Assembly (NCBI GenBank): GCA_950097015.1
Contig: CATNEN010000002.1
Coordinates: 8,494,001 to 8,558,000, forward strand
Direction: 5' to 3'
Length of the DNA stretch: 64,000 nucleotides
DNA from: Macrostomum hystrix
Taxonomy: Eukaryota > Animalia > Platyhelminthes
Shown here: piece by piece, positions 12,161-24,750 of the stretch
Layout: each line of letters begins with the position of its first letter
Position numbering within the stretch: position 1 is the first letter of the stretch
Position numbers and translations under genes: made by a program
The notes under the pieces: model-generated
Told to the model about the DNA's origin: nothing
Databases searched by the model: none
Seen by the model: the letters and a program-made list of their open reading frames with translations, nothing else

Positions 12161-14580
12161 GCAAGGGGGGGCGGGAGCTGATTTGCAGGCGCAGAGACTT
12201 GCGCATTGCATGATCAACATATCGGCTCAACATAATAGCATATGCGTATTAGCAATTGTCTGCAATAAACTCTGACAGAACTCTACTTTCTAAGGTCTTT
12301 GATTATGAAATTCTCCAAGTTAACTGCCTTTGTATCCACATACAGTATAAATAAATAAATGGAACGATCATGCGAGGACACAATTTCGAGTTCTACTATA
12401 TATTCAAATGCGCAACACTTTACTAATAGTAGTAGCGAAAAGAAGCCTGAAAGGACGAATAATTTCATAATTAGAGTGATAATAAATTAATGGTTGCCAG
12501 TAACATGGTATCTGGCCCCTTCACATTTTCTAATCATTCTTACGCCTATGGTTTTGCTTTTGAAGAAAAAGTAAAAAACTGTTTTTTTATCAACATCAAA
12601 ATCCGGCCTCCTAAACTGTTTCTAAGAAAAATAGTTTTCCTAAGTCCTTCTACTCCAAGCGATCCTTGGTGATTTCTGGGGCATTGTGCTCCAATCATGC
12701 ATTTTTTAGCCGGGGCAAATTTTCGGGTCAACTTTCGTAATTTGACGGCTCTTGTTTAGGAGACGATAGATTTGTCCGACATTCCTTGATCCCCAAGCAT
12801 CAACAGTCAGCAGCCAGCGGTCAGGCAGCTGCAGAGAGGATCGCGATGGGATCCTAGTTTGATCCCGCATGTAAATCCCAAAGTGACTGGGCCCAGTGTA
12901 TCGCCGAGCCCTCCCTGGATGTAAAGCCAATTACCTTTCAGCTCCGGAGCCGGAGCTGTTCTGTTTGTCTTTTGCAGGTTCAGTTTGGCTTTCAGCTTGT
13001 CTTCCGCGGCGACTGTTGCTGCCCCATCACCCCCCTCAGCTTGCTCCCGGGCCAGAACTCGGGCAGACAATTCGGTCCGTCTATTCGCTTTTTTAGGAAC
13101 CCCTGAAGGCTATACAAGCTGATCCAGCTTTTGTGTGTTTTTCATGTACCTGCGAAACCGGGCACCCCTGGCGGAAGGCCCTCCCTGTCCCATGCGCGCC
13201 CAGATACAATGCGAACTGCTTGCTAGCAGCTGATGAGGATCCGCTGCCTCCCTGATAAATTATGGCGCAGCCGGCAGCCGTCCTCCAGTTTTATGTGCTA
13301 GTTCTTCTTCAGCTCCTTAGCAACACCCTGGCCCTCTCAATTGCTGGGTTTTAGTATTCAACAAACACGGCCAGCTTGTGGACTTTGCGTGAAACTTCCT
13401 CAGCATTTCGACATTAAAACTGGCGCACTGGAATGAAGCGTTAAGCGTCTACTTTTACTTACTTACTACTGGCTGCGGGGTCGGCCTTGGCGAGCTTCAT
13501 CCGGCCGGTCTGTGGAGTGCAGGCGAGGAGGGCTCGCTGTAATCATTTGTCTTGGCACCGGAAGACGGATTTCGCGATGGCCGTTCTCAGGATTGTCACC
13601 TCTTATGTTAGCTACCGCTTATAGGGCTCGCATGTGTTTGAAGCATTCTGACACCGGTTCGGATGTGATTTCAACAGTCAGTCAGTGCCTTGATGGCGTC
13701 TCATGCGTTGCACTCTGTGCTTGACAGTGCTCCGTTTTTGCCACCAACCTTGAGATCCCATGTTCCTCTGGTGTGGGCCTCAAAGAGGCTCTAATTAATG
13801 AAAAGCTCCTAAATCACGCAAGTCTTCAGGCCCAAGATTCCGAGGCACTGAATTGGAGTTCATAGAATATTGAATAAATCACTGAGTGTCCAGCAGCACC
13901 CTAGGATTGCATTAGCGCCGGCTGACATGCAGAACCCTGCCGTGGCTGGCTCACTTTTATAGAGCTGCATCTGGGCGGGGACAGCAGCCGTCGGATTCTC
14001 GACTGTGGGGCGAATGAAAACATTCTCAGGCCGGCTGGGTGTCACCGAGCACGCTGGCTGCCACCCCCCGGGGACCGCGGGATGCGCAGCAGCGGGGAGA
14101 CTGAATGACTCTCTGATGCTCGACTGGGCAGAATTGCATTACTGGGTGGGGGCTGGTTGTGAGAAGGGCTTGTAAATTCTGGCACTTAGCCTAATTTAGT
14201 GGACTCGGCAGTCTCTGCCAACTGGCCCATCAGCGGGCCTTCCAAGGAGCGCCAAATTGGTGGACCAAATTGGCAGGCATTGGCTCTCATTCAGCCAATA
14301 AGGCGGAATCAATACTAGCGAGGGACCGCAGGAGCTGTCGGCCCCGCCATTGGTCGGCACCTCTGCAGCGAACGAGCGCGCAAGAAATCACAGCAGTTTG
14401 GGGCGCGTACATTCTCGCAGTCATCCTGCCAACAATCGCGATATCAGAACTCGGCGGAGCTGAGTTGGGCTGAACAACTTTTCTCAATCAGTTCAACTCG
14501 GTTCGAACAAACCTGGAACATAGCTGCCTGTCATTTGTCAGCTGTATTGACTTTACAGCCAAGCAAAACCAACTCAGTCA

Positions 14581-17500
14581 ATGCGGAGCCCTTCAAGCCA
14601 GTCTCGGAGAATTATCTGGGGCTCCAGTTGTGGTGGCAGTGGCCTGGTTGCCTTGCTCATAATCTTTGGCACGGTGCCTGCAGGTGAGTTTTTCGAACTT
14701 TTCCCAATTTGATCTGGAGATAGAAATTGTGGCGCAGATTTTATTAGTGTGAATCGCAAACACTTCAGCTCTCAGCGTCTGGAAGGACAAGAACTGGAAC
14801 GACCAGCTGGACGACTGGTGGCATTACCGCATTGGCATCATTGGCGGTGAGTAAAGTGCTCAGCTGCAGTCCATCTCCCAGCTAGTTGAAACCACCCGGC
14901 CTCAACCCTGGAGTTTGAGGCATCCGTCAGGGAGACAAACTGTGGAACATAGAATGGAACGGGGCAGTTTGAGTTGACAAAATCAATGGCCCAAGTCTTT
15001 AATATGCGTATGTATGCTCAGACCCACTGGGTGATGAAGTTTAGCCCGGGGAGACTGGGCATCTCTTGTGCTCAGCCTTGTCTCCTCCCATTCCCTGGAC
15101 CGTGACCATTTATCCCCTAAGAAAGCAGCAAAAAATATAAGAGGCCTGCATTGATTTGAGCTGTGTGCTCACAATGCAGCTCACCAACCACCCGAAGCAG
15201 AGCCTGCCCCACAGTGCCATAAACTGCAGCTTTCTCTAATTACGCCATACTCAAAACTGGGTAATTGAAACTGAGATTTATTAATTAATTCGAACATTTC
15301 GCCTCTTGATTCCCGATAGCCCGAAGGATTTCTCGCACTGATTTCAAATCCCAATTACGCTCTGCGAGTTGCTACAGTCAAATCTGACTTTCTCATCTTG
15401 ACCACCAACTCAAGTTCACTTTCTCCGATCAGCTCGTGACGGAGTGGCTTTAGGTTGAGTTCAGGTTGAGCTGGACTGAGCGCTATGTGAGCTGGACTCA
15501 CTTTTACAAAATTTTCATATCGTGAGCCGCTTAAAAGCAAGATGAGGATTTTAGTGGAGAACTCAATTCTCACAATTTCTGACTCCCACAATATTCAAAT
15601 TTCTCGCTAATATTTTCAAGTAATCCAGTGTCACTCTCTGGACCTGTCAGCAGCCCATTGTCAGTCACTCTCTGAATCTGTCAGCAGCCCATTGTCACTC
15701 ACTCTCTGAATCTGTCAGCAGCCCATTGTCACTCACTCTCTGAATCTGTCAGCAGCCCATTGTCACTCACTCTCTGAATCTGTCAGCAGCCCATTGTCAC
15801 TCACTCTCTGAATCTGTCAGCAGCCCATTGTCACTCACTCTCTGATTCTGTCAGCAGTCCATTGTCACTCACTCCTAGAATCTGTCAGCAGCTCATTATC
15901 AAAGTTGTCAGCAGCTCATTGTCACTCTCTGAATGTCTCATTGAGTCCTGGCATTGTGACACTTTGAGACAATGTCACTCGTCCGCCGCTCGCAAACCCA
16001 GGTCCTGAGCAGTGGGGCCGCAAAGCGTACATGACCTACAGCCTGTGGCAGATCTGTCACCGGGGCAGGCACCAATCTCCAATCAACGTGTCCACCGCCA
16101 ACCTTGTCTACGATTCGAACCTCCGACCGTTGACTCTGAGTGGAGCCGATGATGCTGTAAGTTCAAGAATCAATTTTATCCGGTGCTTTGTCGTGTGTCA
16201 AGAAGGCATCAAAAGGGTGGCCTGCTTGAACAAAATCCTTTGATGCGAGCCCTGCAGCCCTCATAAATCGATGCCGGGCCTGTTGCCCTCCCAGCTCAAT
16301 ATTCCAACTGTCTTAGAACCGAAAAGAATATATCCCCAACGAATCCAGCGACATTTGATCAGAGAAGGGCGGGGACGGCCCCAGGCCCTGCTAACTACGA
16401 CGCAATCGGAAGTGGCTCCGAGCTGGTTGAGGAGAATATCCCCGAGCCAAGGTCAGTGATTTACAAGCCGCCATTTTAGCAGCCACTTGCCGTCGCTCTA
16501 ATGAGATTCTGTGCCTATCATCTGCTGAGAAAATGAGAAAATCTAATTCAGCTTGAGAGCGAATCTGATGAAGCCGCGGCTGCTGAGTAGCTCATTGTGA
16601 AGACTCATTGTGACGGCCCCCATTAAGTTGACACTTGCTGTGCAAGGCAAGTGTCTCTTGTCTTTGGCAAATTATCAGCCAGTGAGAATCTGATAGAAAA
16701 TTGATTCAATTCAAATTGGACGCACAAAAAACCTTTGCCTCAAACCCAAGATTTCACTGTCAGTTCGCAACACCGGCCACGACATCGAAATCCGCCTGAA
16801 CTCCGACCGGATCGTCCTGTCCCACGGCCCGCTGTCCTACAACTACGTGCTCTTCGGCGCCCTCATCAAATTCGGCTCGAGATCTGATCGAGGCTCCGAT
16901 CACTGGATCGACTCCCGGGCTTTTCCTGGCGAGGTAGACCCGATGGGATCTGGGATTCACGAATGGGATCTGGGATTCACGATGGGATCAGGGATTCACG
17001 ATGGGATCAGAGATTCACGAATGGGATCAGGGATTCACGAATGGGATCAGAGATTCACGAATGGGATCTGGGATTCACGATGGGATCAGAGATTCACGAA
17101 TGAGATCAGGGATTCACGAATGGGATCAGAGATTCACGAATGGGATCTGGGATTCACGATGGGATCAGGGATTCACGAATGGGATCAGAGATTCACGATG
17201 GGATCAGGGATCACGAATGGGATCTGGGATTCACGAATGGGATCTGGGATTCACGATGGGATCAGGGATTCACGATGGGATCAGGGATTCACGATGGGAT
17301 CAGGGATCACGAATGGGATCTGGGATTCACGATTGGGATCAGGCATTCACGTATTGGATCAGGGATTCTCGAATTGGGATCTCGAATTCATGAATGGGAT
17401 CTGGGATTCTTGATAGGGATCTGGGATTCTAGACAAGGATCTGGGATTCTTTACTCAGAATCGGTTTTCGGTATCTGAAATCGGGGATCTGGGATCAAGG

Positions 17501-19638
17501 ATGATGAGAACAACCCACCCTATTCAGTTCCAGTTCTATGGCTACAACTCTGACCTGTACGAGAACTACACCATTGCCCTGAATTCAGCTCACGGAATTG
17601 TCGCTCTGTCGGCCTTCATGCAGGTGAAACCACAAATCTACCTTTAATTATATTACTAGGAGCTGGGATTCACGAATGGGACTTTTTTCATGTTATTTTG
17701 CTAGTTTGGAGACGTGACCACAGTGGACATGACTGCAATTCTAACTGCTACGAAACGGACTGTGCTCAAGGGTAAGTCTTATTCAGCACGCAAGCCACAC
17801 ACTGACCCATTTGACCCACTGACTCGTTCGACTCACTGACCCATTTGACCTACTGACCCATTTGACCCACTGACCCATTTGACCCACTGACCCATTTGAC
17901 CCACTGACCCATTTGACTCACTGACCCATTTGACCCACTGACCCGTTCGACTCACTGACCCATTTGACCCACTGACCCATTTGACCCACTGACCCATTTG
18001 ACCCACTGACCCATTTGACCCACTGACCCATTTGACCCATCATATGTAACCAAAAAGACCCCCGACCCGCAGACCAGCGCACAGAGGTGCACGGCATCAA
18101 GATCCGCAGCCTGCTGCCAGAGACCTCCGAGTACATCACCTACGACGGCTCCCTGCCCTTCCCCGGATGTCACGAGTCAGTGACGTGGATCATTCTCAAC
18201 CTGCCGGTCATTGTGAGGATGGAGGAGGTGAGGACTGAAGTGCAGCTAATTTTTGTGATTCCCTTCGGTGGCTGCAGCCGGTCTGGCTACTGAGTGGAGG
18301 CGGGTTGGTATTTCAAGCAGGCAGCAGCTGGCCTTCACAACTACCTGGGTCGCTCGGCACCTGCGCAAATTAGTTTTTTTCACTTGAAGACTGACAGGTG
18401 CAAAAAATGCTTCAAATTGAAGTTGAAGTCGTTGATTTTGCAGTTCCATTCGAAACCTGACCGAAACCCCGCAGCTGAACATTCTGCGCAGCCTCCGCAT
18501 CTCTAGCGTGCTAACGTCTGCCTACATGGCCGACAACTTCAGGCCGACCCAGCTGCTGCACCAGCGAACAGTCAGGACCAATATCCGGCTGAGGAACCGA
18601 CTCAAGGATGAGGTTCATGGAACAGCTTTCTATCCATTTAGAAAACAGTAAATCGAGTCTAACACACCAGAAACCATGTCTAACACACCAGAAATCATGT
18701 CTAACACATCAGAAATTATGTCTAACACACCAGAAATCATGTCTAACACATCAGAAATCATGTCTAACACACCAGAAATCATGTCTAACACACCAGAAAT
18801 CATGTCTAACACACCAGAAATCATGTCTAACACACCAGAAATCGTGTCTAACACACCAGAAATCATGTCTAACACATCAGAAATCATGTCTAACACATCA
18901 GAAATCATGTCTAACACACCAGAAACCATGTCTTACACACCAGAAACCATGCCTAACACATCAGAAATCATGTCTAACACACCAGAAATCATGTCTAACA
19001 CATCAGAAATCATGTCTAACACATCAGAAATCATGTCTAACACACCAGAAATCATGTCTAACACACCAGAAATCATGTCTAACACATCAGAAATCGTGTC
19101 TAACACACCAGAAACCTTGTCTTACACATCAGAAATCATGTCTAACACATCAGAAATTATGTCTAACACATCAGAAATCATGTCTAACACATCAGAAATC
19201 ATGTCTAACACATCAGAAATCATGTCTAACACACCAGAAATCATGTCTAACACATCAAAAATCATGTCTAACACATCAGAAATCATGTCTAACACATCAG
19301 AAATTATATCTAACACATCAGAAATCATATCGAACACACAGGAAACCATGTCTAACACACAAAATACTTGCCCAAAGCACAACGAAAGATGTCTAACACA
19401 GTTAATTTTGTCTAAGACACACGAATGTCTCAGACAGGAAACCTTGTCGTAAGCTAAATTTATACGTATTAATTCAAAATGATTCAATTTTTTTTGCAGG
19501 CTGACACTTGCCGATTTGTCACGCAGCACTACTTTCTGGGTAAGTAGTATGCTGTGCGAACGCTGGATTTTTAAAGCTAAAAATGTGTCAGTTAATTACG
19601 CACCTAATGGTTTTGCAGCCCAGGTGCCAAACTCCTGA
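14581..19638 (+). CDS. Carbonic anhydrase-related protein (CA10/CA11-like, predicted acatalytic); exons 14581-14683, 14769-14846, 16002-16156, 16751-16933, 17528-17623, 17705-17771, 18073-18227, 18475-18612, ~19500-19539, 19619-19638
   Basis: Signal peptide, DDWWHY...GPEQWG, CHRGRHQSPINV, NTGH, GPLSYNY, FGS..DRGSDH, AFPGE, YITYDGSLPFPGCHESVTWII and DNFRPTQ..HQRTVRTNI follow the CA10/CA11 pattern. Splice phases are consistent; the last two exons are less certain. Confidence 0.85.
15640..15930. repeat. 34-bp intronic minisatellite (TCACTCACTCTCTGAATCTGTCAGCAGCCCATTG)n
   Basis: About 8 tandem units in CARP intron 2. Confidence 0.9.
16940..17495. repeat. ~19-20-bp intronic minisatellite (GGGATCTGGGATTCACGAAT)n
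   Basis: Tandem array starting just after the donor at 16934. It explains the MGSGIHDGIRDS-type ORFs. Confidence 0.95.
17800..18040. repeat. 18-bp intronic minisatellite (CTGACCCATTTGACCCAC)n
   Basis: Tandem array in CARP intron 6. Confidence 0.9.
18655..19400. repeat. 21-bp intronic minisatellite (ATGTCTAACACACCAGAAATC)n
   Basis: About 35 units in CARP intron 8. Source of the MSNTPEI and CLTHQKS ORFs. Confidence 0.95.
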
Positions 19639-20399
19639 GTGGCCAGCGACCAAATCCTGATAATTTCCCTTTACTTTGAAATCAACTCGTAGTTTGAACC
19701 TTTGTTGAGCAGTTCCGAAGGACATTGCAATCAAATACTGTAGGCAATTCAGCATCATTTATGCATGCGTTCGTTTCGTTTCCTGTCATAAATTATTTCT
19801 GTAATCATTTCATGTCTAAATATATTATAAATTACTGTAGTATCTGAGCAAAAAATTTGCTTTTTCATTCTTTCTTTGAATAAATTCTTTCTTCTCCGGT
19901 ATATTTTGAATTAAAAAATATGAATAAGAAAGTTACAGTTCGAAAAATAGTTCGCCCATATCTCACCGAAGCGAGGCAAAAATACTGGAAAATCGATGCG
20001 CCAAGGGCTGCCTGAATTTCATGAATAGAAAAGAGAAAAATGCCAAAACCCATCCTCCAATCCACGCGCGGCAAGGAGACAGAAATATACGAGCATATGA
20101 CAGAGCTGTGAAGCTCTGATTGGCTGGAGGGGACAGAGGCACTAGGGGAACACAGATAAGAGAGAGAGAACAGAGTAAAAATTGCTAGCCAATCAGCTTG
20201 CGACCGGTGGCACGCGATAAAGATGCGGTAGGCAAAACTGGCCTGGCTGACCCAGACAAATCAAATAGTGATCCAATTCAACACAATACGAGTATACAAA
20301 TATCTGAAAGTATCGCATTAAAGCCCAGAAAGCAATTTTGTCTTTTGTCTTGTCTTTAATTTTGTCTTTCATGCTTTTTGCCGAAAAATCCTCCGTTTT

Positions 20400-20470
20400 A
20401 ATTCTACAAAGGCCTTGACGTCGCGAGGATGTCGGAGCCACAGATCGGGCAACGACTTAGACTCTTGCGA
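20400..20470 (-). pseudogene. Fragment of a third IAP-like RING C-terminus
   Basis: The minus strand reads ...SRCPICGSDILAT and then carries a 1-nt deletion relative to ...SRCPICSSDILATVKAF of the intact copies. Confidence 0.6.
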
Positions 20471-20692
20471 GAGAGGAATTGCGAGGCGAAGAAGTAAAGT
20501 AGTTTCTCGGTAAGGAAGAACAAAAAGCCAGAAGGCAAAGTTTGTTTCAGGTGCCAAATGCTGAGATTTATCGCTCAAGAAATTCGGAATGATTTGTGCC
20601 ACTCCACGACTTTTGCACAATGGAGCTTACGTGAAGCAGCAGAGATACAAGCTGAACGAAAACCGAAAACCGAAAACTGAAAACACGCCAAG

Positions 20693-21561
20693 TCAGGTGA
20701 TGAAGGCCTTGACGGTCGCGAGGATGTCGAAGCTGCAGATCGGACAGCGGCTGCGGCTCCGAAGGCATTGTGAGCAGGTGCAGAAGTGAGCGCATGGCAG
20801 CAGCACTCGGTCCCGGCAGCGCTGACTGCACAGCACGCACCGGTCGGTGCCAGAGTCGGCGACGGTGTCGCTCCCGCTGGCTGAGGCAGCGCAGGAGGCG
20901 GTGACGACTCGCGGAGCTGCCGATGCCGCGGAAGTCGACGGAGCTGCTGGAGCAGCCGGAGCGGCCTCGGTGAGCGGGGCCACGAGTCGCAGCAGGCTGT
21001 CAACGCTGAAGAGCCCGATGACGTCGGCGGAGTCGCCGAACTGTCGCTCACAGTCGTGCAAGCAATCAATGAAGCCTCCCGGCTTGTCGGGCAACTGGCC
21101 GCCGTTCAACATGAAGTGCCGCGTAGCCGCGAAGACGAGCCTGTCTCGACTGAAGCCGAACGACTCTGCCATGGCGATAACGCGACTCAGATTGCTGAAC
21201 TCGCGCGACAGCCGCTGCAGCGCCCGACGGCTTCGATCGGCGTTCGCCGACACCAGGCGATCCGTCTCTGCGCTACCACCGTCGGCTGCCATCACCACAT
21301 CGAGCCGACCGACGCTGCAGTCGGGACTCGCAGTCGCGTGCGCCGCCTCCACTGACGCGCCTGCGTCGACCACCTCGACTCCGCAGTGGAAGCAGCGGAA
21401 ACTGCAGCCATTGTGGCTCTGGCCGTCCTTCGACAGACCCGCTGCCGCAGCCGCCTCCGCCTCATCTGGTCGACTGCCCGCTCGGAGGTTCCTCGCCACG
21501 CGAAGGTCAAAAAGCGTTTCGGCGGGCCGTCTGGACGACGTGACGACCAGCAGAATCGCGC
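20693..21561 (-). CDS. IAP-like protein copy A: degenerate BIR-like module plus C-terminal RING (terminal exon; 5' exon not identified)
   Basis: CFHCGVEV...AHATASPDC has BIR C2-H-C spacing. CVLCSQRCRDRVLLPCAHFCTCSQCLRSRSRCPIC...VKAFIT is an IAP/MDM2-type RING at the extreme C-terminus. Acceptor CAG lies at 21562-21564 on the minus strand. Confidence 0.75.
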
Positions 21562-22504
21562 CTGGAGTTTTTGATGTTTTTTGTATCAAATAATATTGCT
21601 CATAATTTTAGTTTCAAATGCAAGAATTCACTTCTAGTAATGCGTCAATCCGGCTTTTAGAGTAAGCTACAGGGTTACAATTTTCCAACCATAAATGAAC
21701 CAGAGCTTTGCAGCTGCTGCAGCCGAATGGTCTGCTAGTGAAGTCAGCCAGGCCTGCATTCCACGTGTCTTGCTGGGTCCGAGTGCCGGAGTCAGCTGCT
21801 CCTGAATGGCTTGAAAGTTCATCAGTTTGGCTGCAGATCCACTCCAAGGACTACTAAACAGCTCCGTGTCGCCCAGTAGCCCTTGATTCGCCTTGGACTA
21901 GCTTGCACCTGTTTATATGCAGAACTGCGAAGTCTACAGTCCACTATTCAGTCCCTTTATAGTGAACGTTGCTTCTATTGCACAACGATTTCACAATATA
22001 ATGAGATGTTTGATATTGCGAGTTATGGGCTAAGAGTGCCAACATTTGAAGAAGGGTGTATGTGAGAGATACAGTTCAGACTACTGACAACAGTAGAAAA
22101 GCAAAGACTTGGCTGCAAAACTCTCACATAACACTAAAAAGTATCGCCATAAAAATGGCAAGCTTAAAAGAGACTTCTGTGCACACTAAGAGTGGTGGGA
22201 GAGGACTGCGTGTAGCTATGGCTGACTGACGAAGGCAAACAAGCCAGAAACCGGTCTCGGTCTGCCGGCGCGAGGTTCGTTACCCACTTTTAGTGTGTTA
22301 CACACGTGGTGGACTTTCACAAAAATCGGCTGTTCGGTTTGGGAGCTATTGTAAAATCGGCAGTGGGTATTTGAAATACCCCGTTGTATCTTTCCTCAGT
22401 GGATGGGTAAGTATGATCCTTCTACTGTTATTTGATTCGCAGAAATTGAAGCATTTTGTTTATGAAAAAGAAATAGAAAATAATATGAAACTCACCTGCA
22501 GCAG

Positions 22505-22720
22505 AGCGGCCCGATCCAAGCTCTCCGCGAGCCAGCCAGGTTGGTGTGTGGGCCCGATCCAAGCTCTCCGCGAGCCAGCCAGGTTGGTGTGTGGGCCCGA
22601 TCCAAGCTCTCCGCGAGCCAGCCAGGTTGGTGTGTGGGCCCAATCCAAGCTCTCCGCGGGCCAGCCAGGTTGGTGTGTGGGCCCGATCCAAGCTCTCCGC
22701 GAGCCAGCCAGGTTGGTGTG
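22505..22720. repeat. 43-bp minisatellite, ~5 copies
   Basis: CCCGATCCAAGCTCTCCGCGAGCCAGCCAGGTTGGTGTGTGGG in tandem with no spacers. Confidence 0.95.
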
Positions 22721-23881
22721 AGCTGGCAATAAATGCCTTTCGCTAATGTCTGCGCTGATGACGTTCAGTAAACGTGTGACCAGCGTTGGATGTTAGCGTG
22801 GAAAATACGTCTTCACTGCTGGGCAAAGACGCGCCGGACAAATGTACACAGCCAGGGTAGTGGGTACATCCATACTAGGCTAGCGGATATAAATAGCTCG
22901 CGCGACCTTCTGTGCACAGCCTATTTTGTGACGAAGCAGTCTATTTTTAGAATTGGCTGAGCTGTACACGCAATGGCTCGAGCGGAGACCGTGAGAATGG
23001 TGGCAAAAATGTAATCTCAGCATTACCTCATCAAACTGTACAAACTGTTCACCTAACTTTATCCCGAATGATTACCTAAACCAAATTTAACATCCCAAGT
23101 AGAGTTTTTAAAAGAGCCCGAAGCTGTTTTAGAACAGGGGCCCAAACTCCATCCTCATATTGACCCATCTGATGCTGGTACCCGTAATACAGTTAGATGA
23201 ACTGAAGCTCGCTAAAGGACACAAATTGCTGCCTATTGGCGTAGATTCGAAACCCTGACCTCCTGCTGAATTATTCGATTATAACAAACAAGAAAATTGA
23301 TTTACCTACATAGTTTGCTTTAAGAGTAGGATTTGTTTTACTGAATAACTTAAAAGTAATACAAAAATACTATAATACAATAATAGTAAGTTCAGGACAA
23401 AAAAGCCGACAGTTGATGTGTGCTGCATCTGAAAAAATCACTGCTAAACTTTAACGAATCATGCACATTTGTTTAACTTTCAAGGTAAATTATCGTAGAG
23501 AATCACAGGTAAAAAAAGCTATAGATTGCAAGGCTAGAGTTTAAAATTTCATAGTGGCGCTGATTTGCTGAGCTGCCAAAAATGCGAGTTAAAAATAAAG
23601 TTTCTGTTAACAAGTTAATTGTTGGTCAGAGATACAGAAACTATACAATATTAATACATTGAACAATTAAAATTAAAGTAGCATTGAAATTGTTTGCTGA
23701 ATACTTCTGTATTAAATAATGCTATACCAGCTAGCATGCTTGCCGGAGTAAAGCTTTTCCTCGCTTGACATGGTCACAAAGCCTGAAGGCAAAGTTTGTT
23801 TGAGGTGCGGAATGCTGAGATTAATCGCTAAAGAAAACCGAAAACCGAAAACCGAAAACTGAAAACCGAAAACACGCCAGG

Positions 23882-24750
23882 TCAGGTGATGAAGGCCTTG
23901 ACGGTCGCGAGGATGTCGGAGCTGCAGATCGGACAGCGGCTGCGGCTCCGAAGGCATTGTGAGCAGGTGCAGAAGTGAGCGCATGGCAGCAGCACTCGGT
24001 CTCGGCAGCGCTGACTGCACAGCACGCACCGGTCCGTGCCAGAGTCGGCGACGGTGTCGCTCCCGCTGGCTGAGGCGGCGCAGGCGACGGTGACGACTCG
24101 CGGAGCTGCCGATGCCGCGGAAGTCGACGGAGCTGCTGGAGCAGCCGGAGCGGCCTCGGTGAGCGGGGCCACGAGTCGCAGCAGGCTGTCAACGCTGAAG
24201 AGCCCGATGACGTCGGCGGAGTCGCCGAACTGTCGCTCACAGTCGTGCAAGCAATCAATGAAGCCTCCCGGCTTGTCGGGCAACTGGCCGCCGTTCAACA
24301 TGAAGTGCCGCGTAGCCGCGAAGACGAGCCTGTCTCGACTGAAGCCGAACGACTCCGCCATGGCGATGACGCGACTCAGATTGCTGAACTCGCGCGACAG
24401 CCGCTGCAGCGCCCGACGGCTTCGATCGGAGTTCGCCGACACCAGGCGACCCGTCTCTGCGCCACCACCGTCGGCTGCCATCACCGCATCGAGCCGACCG
24501 ACGCTGCAGTCGGGACTCGCAGTCGCGTGCGCCGCCTCCGCTGACGCGCCTGCGTCGACCACCTCGACTCCGCAGTGGAAGCAGCGGAAACTGCAGCCAT
24601 TGTGGCTCTGGCCGTCCTTCGACAGACCCGCTGCCGCAGCCGCCTCCGCCTCATCTGGTCGACTGCCCGCTCGGAGGTTCCTCGCCACGCGAAGGTCAAA
24701 CAGCGTCTCGGCGGGCCGTCGGGACGACGTGACGACCAGCAGAATCGCGC
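23882..24750 (-). CDS. IAP-like protein copy B (tandem paralog of copy A; terminal exon)
   Basis: 869-nt exon colinear with 20693-21561, with the acceptor (TAG) at the equivalent position. It has the same BIR-like and RING motifs. Confidence 0.75.

Noticed and set aside
18608-19452. Long repetitive ORFs (CLTHQKS, MSNTPEI) and similar ones at 3493, 16847, 25350, 39054, 44093, 46513, 50964, 62059 and 62090
   Set aside because: They are by-products of stop-free minisatellites, several lie inside introns of well-supported genes, and many are open on both strands.
20847-21593. 248-aa and 257-aa plus-strand ORFs antisense to the IAP-like exons (also 24036-24809)
   Set aside because: These are shadow ORFs of GC-rich coding sequence. 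The minus strand carries the recognisable BIR/RING motifs.
21846-21860. CAAGGACTACTAAAC resembling the P-element TIR
   Set aside because: No partner inverted end, TSD or transposase motif was found nearby. Possibly a solo end, but unsupported.
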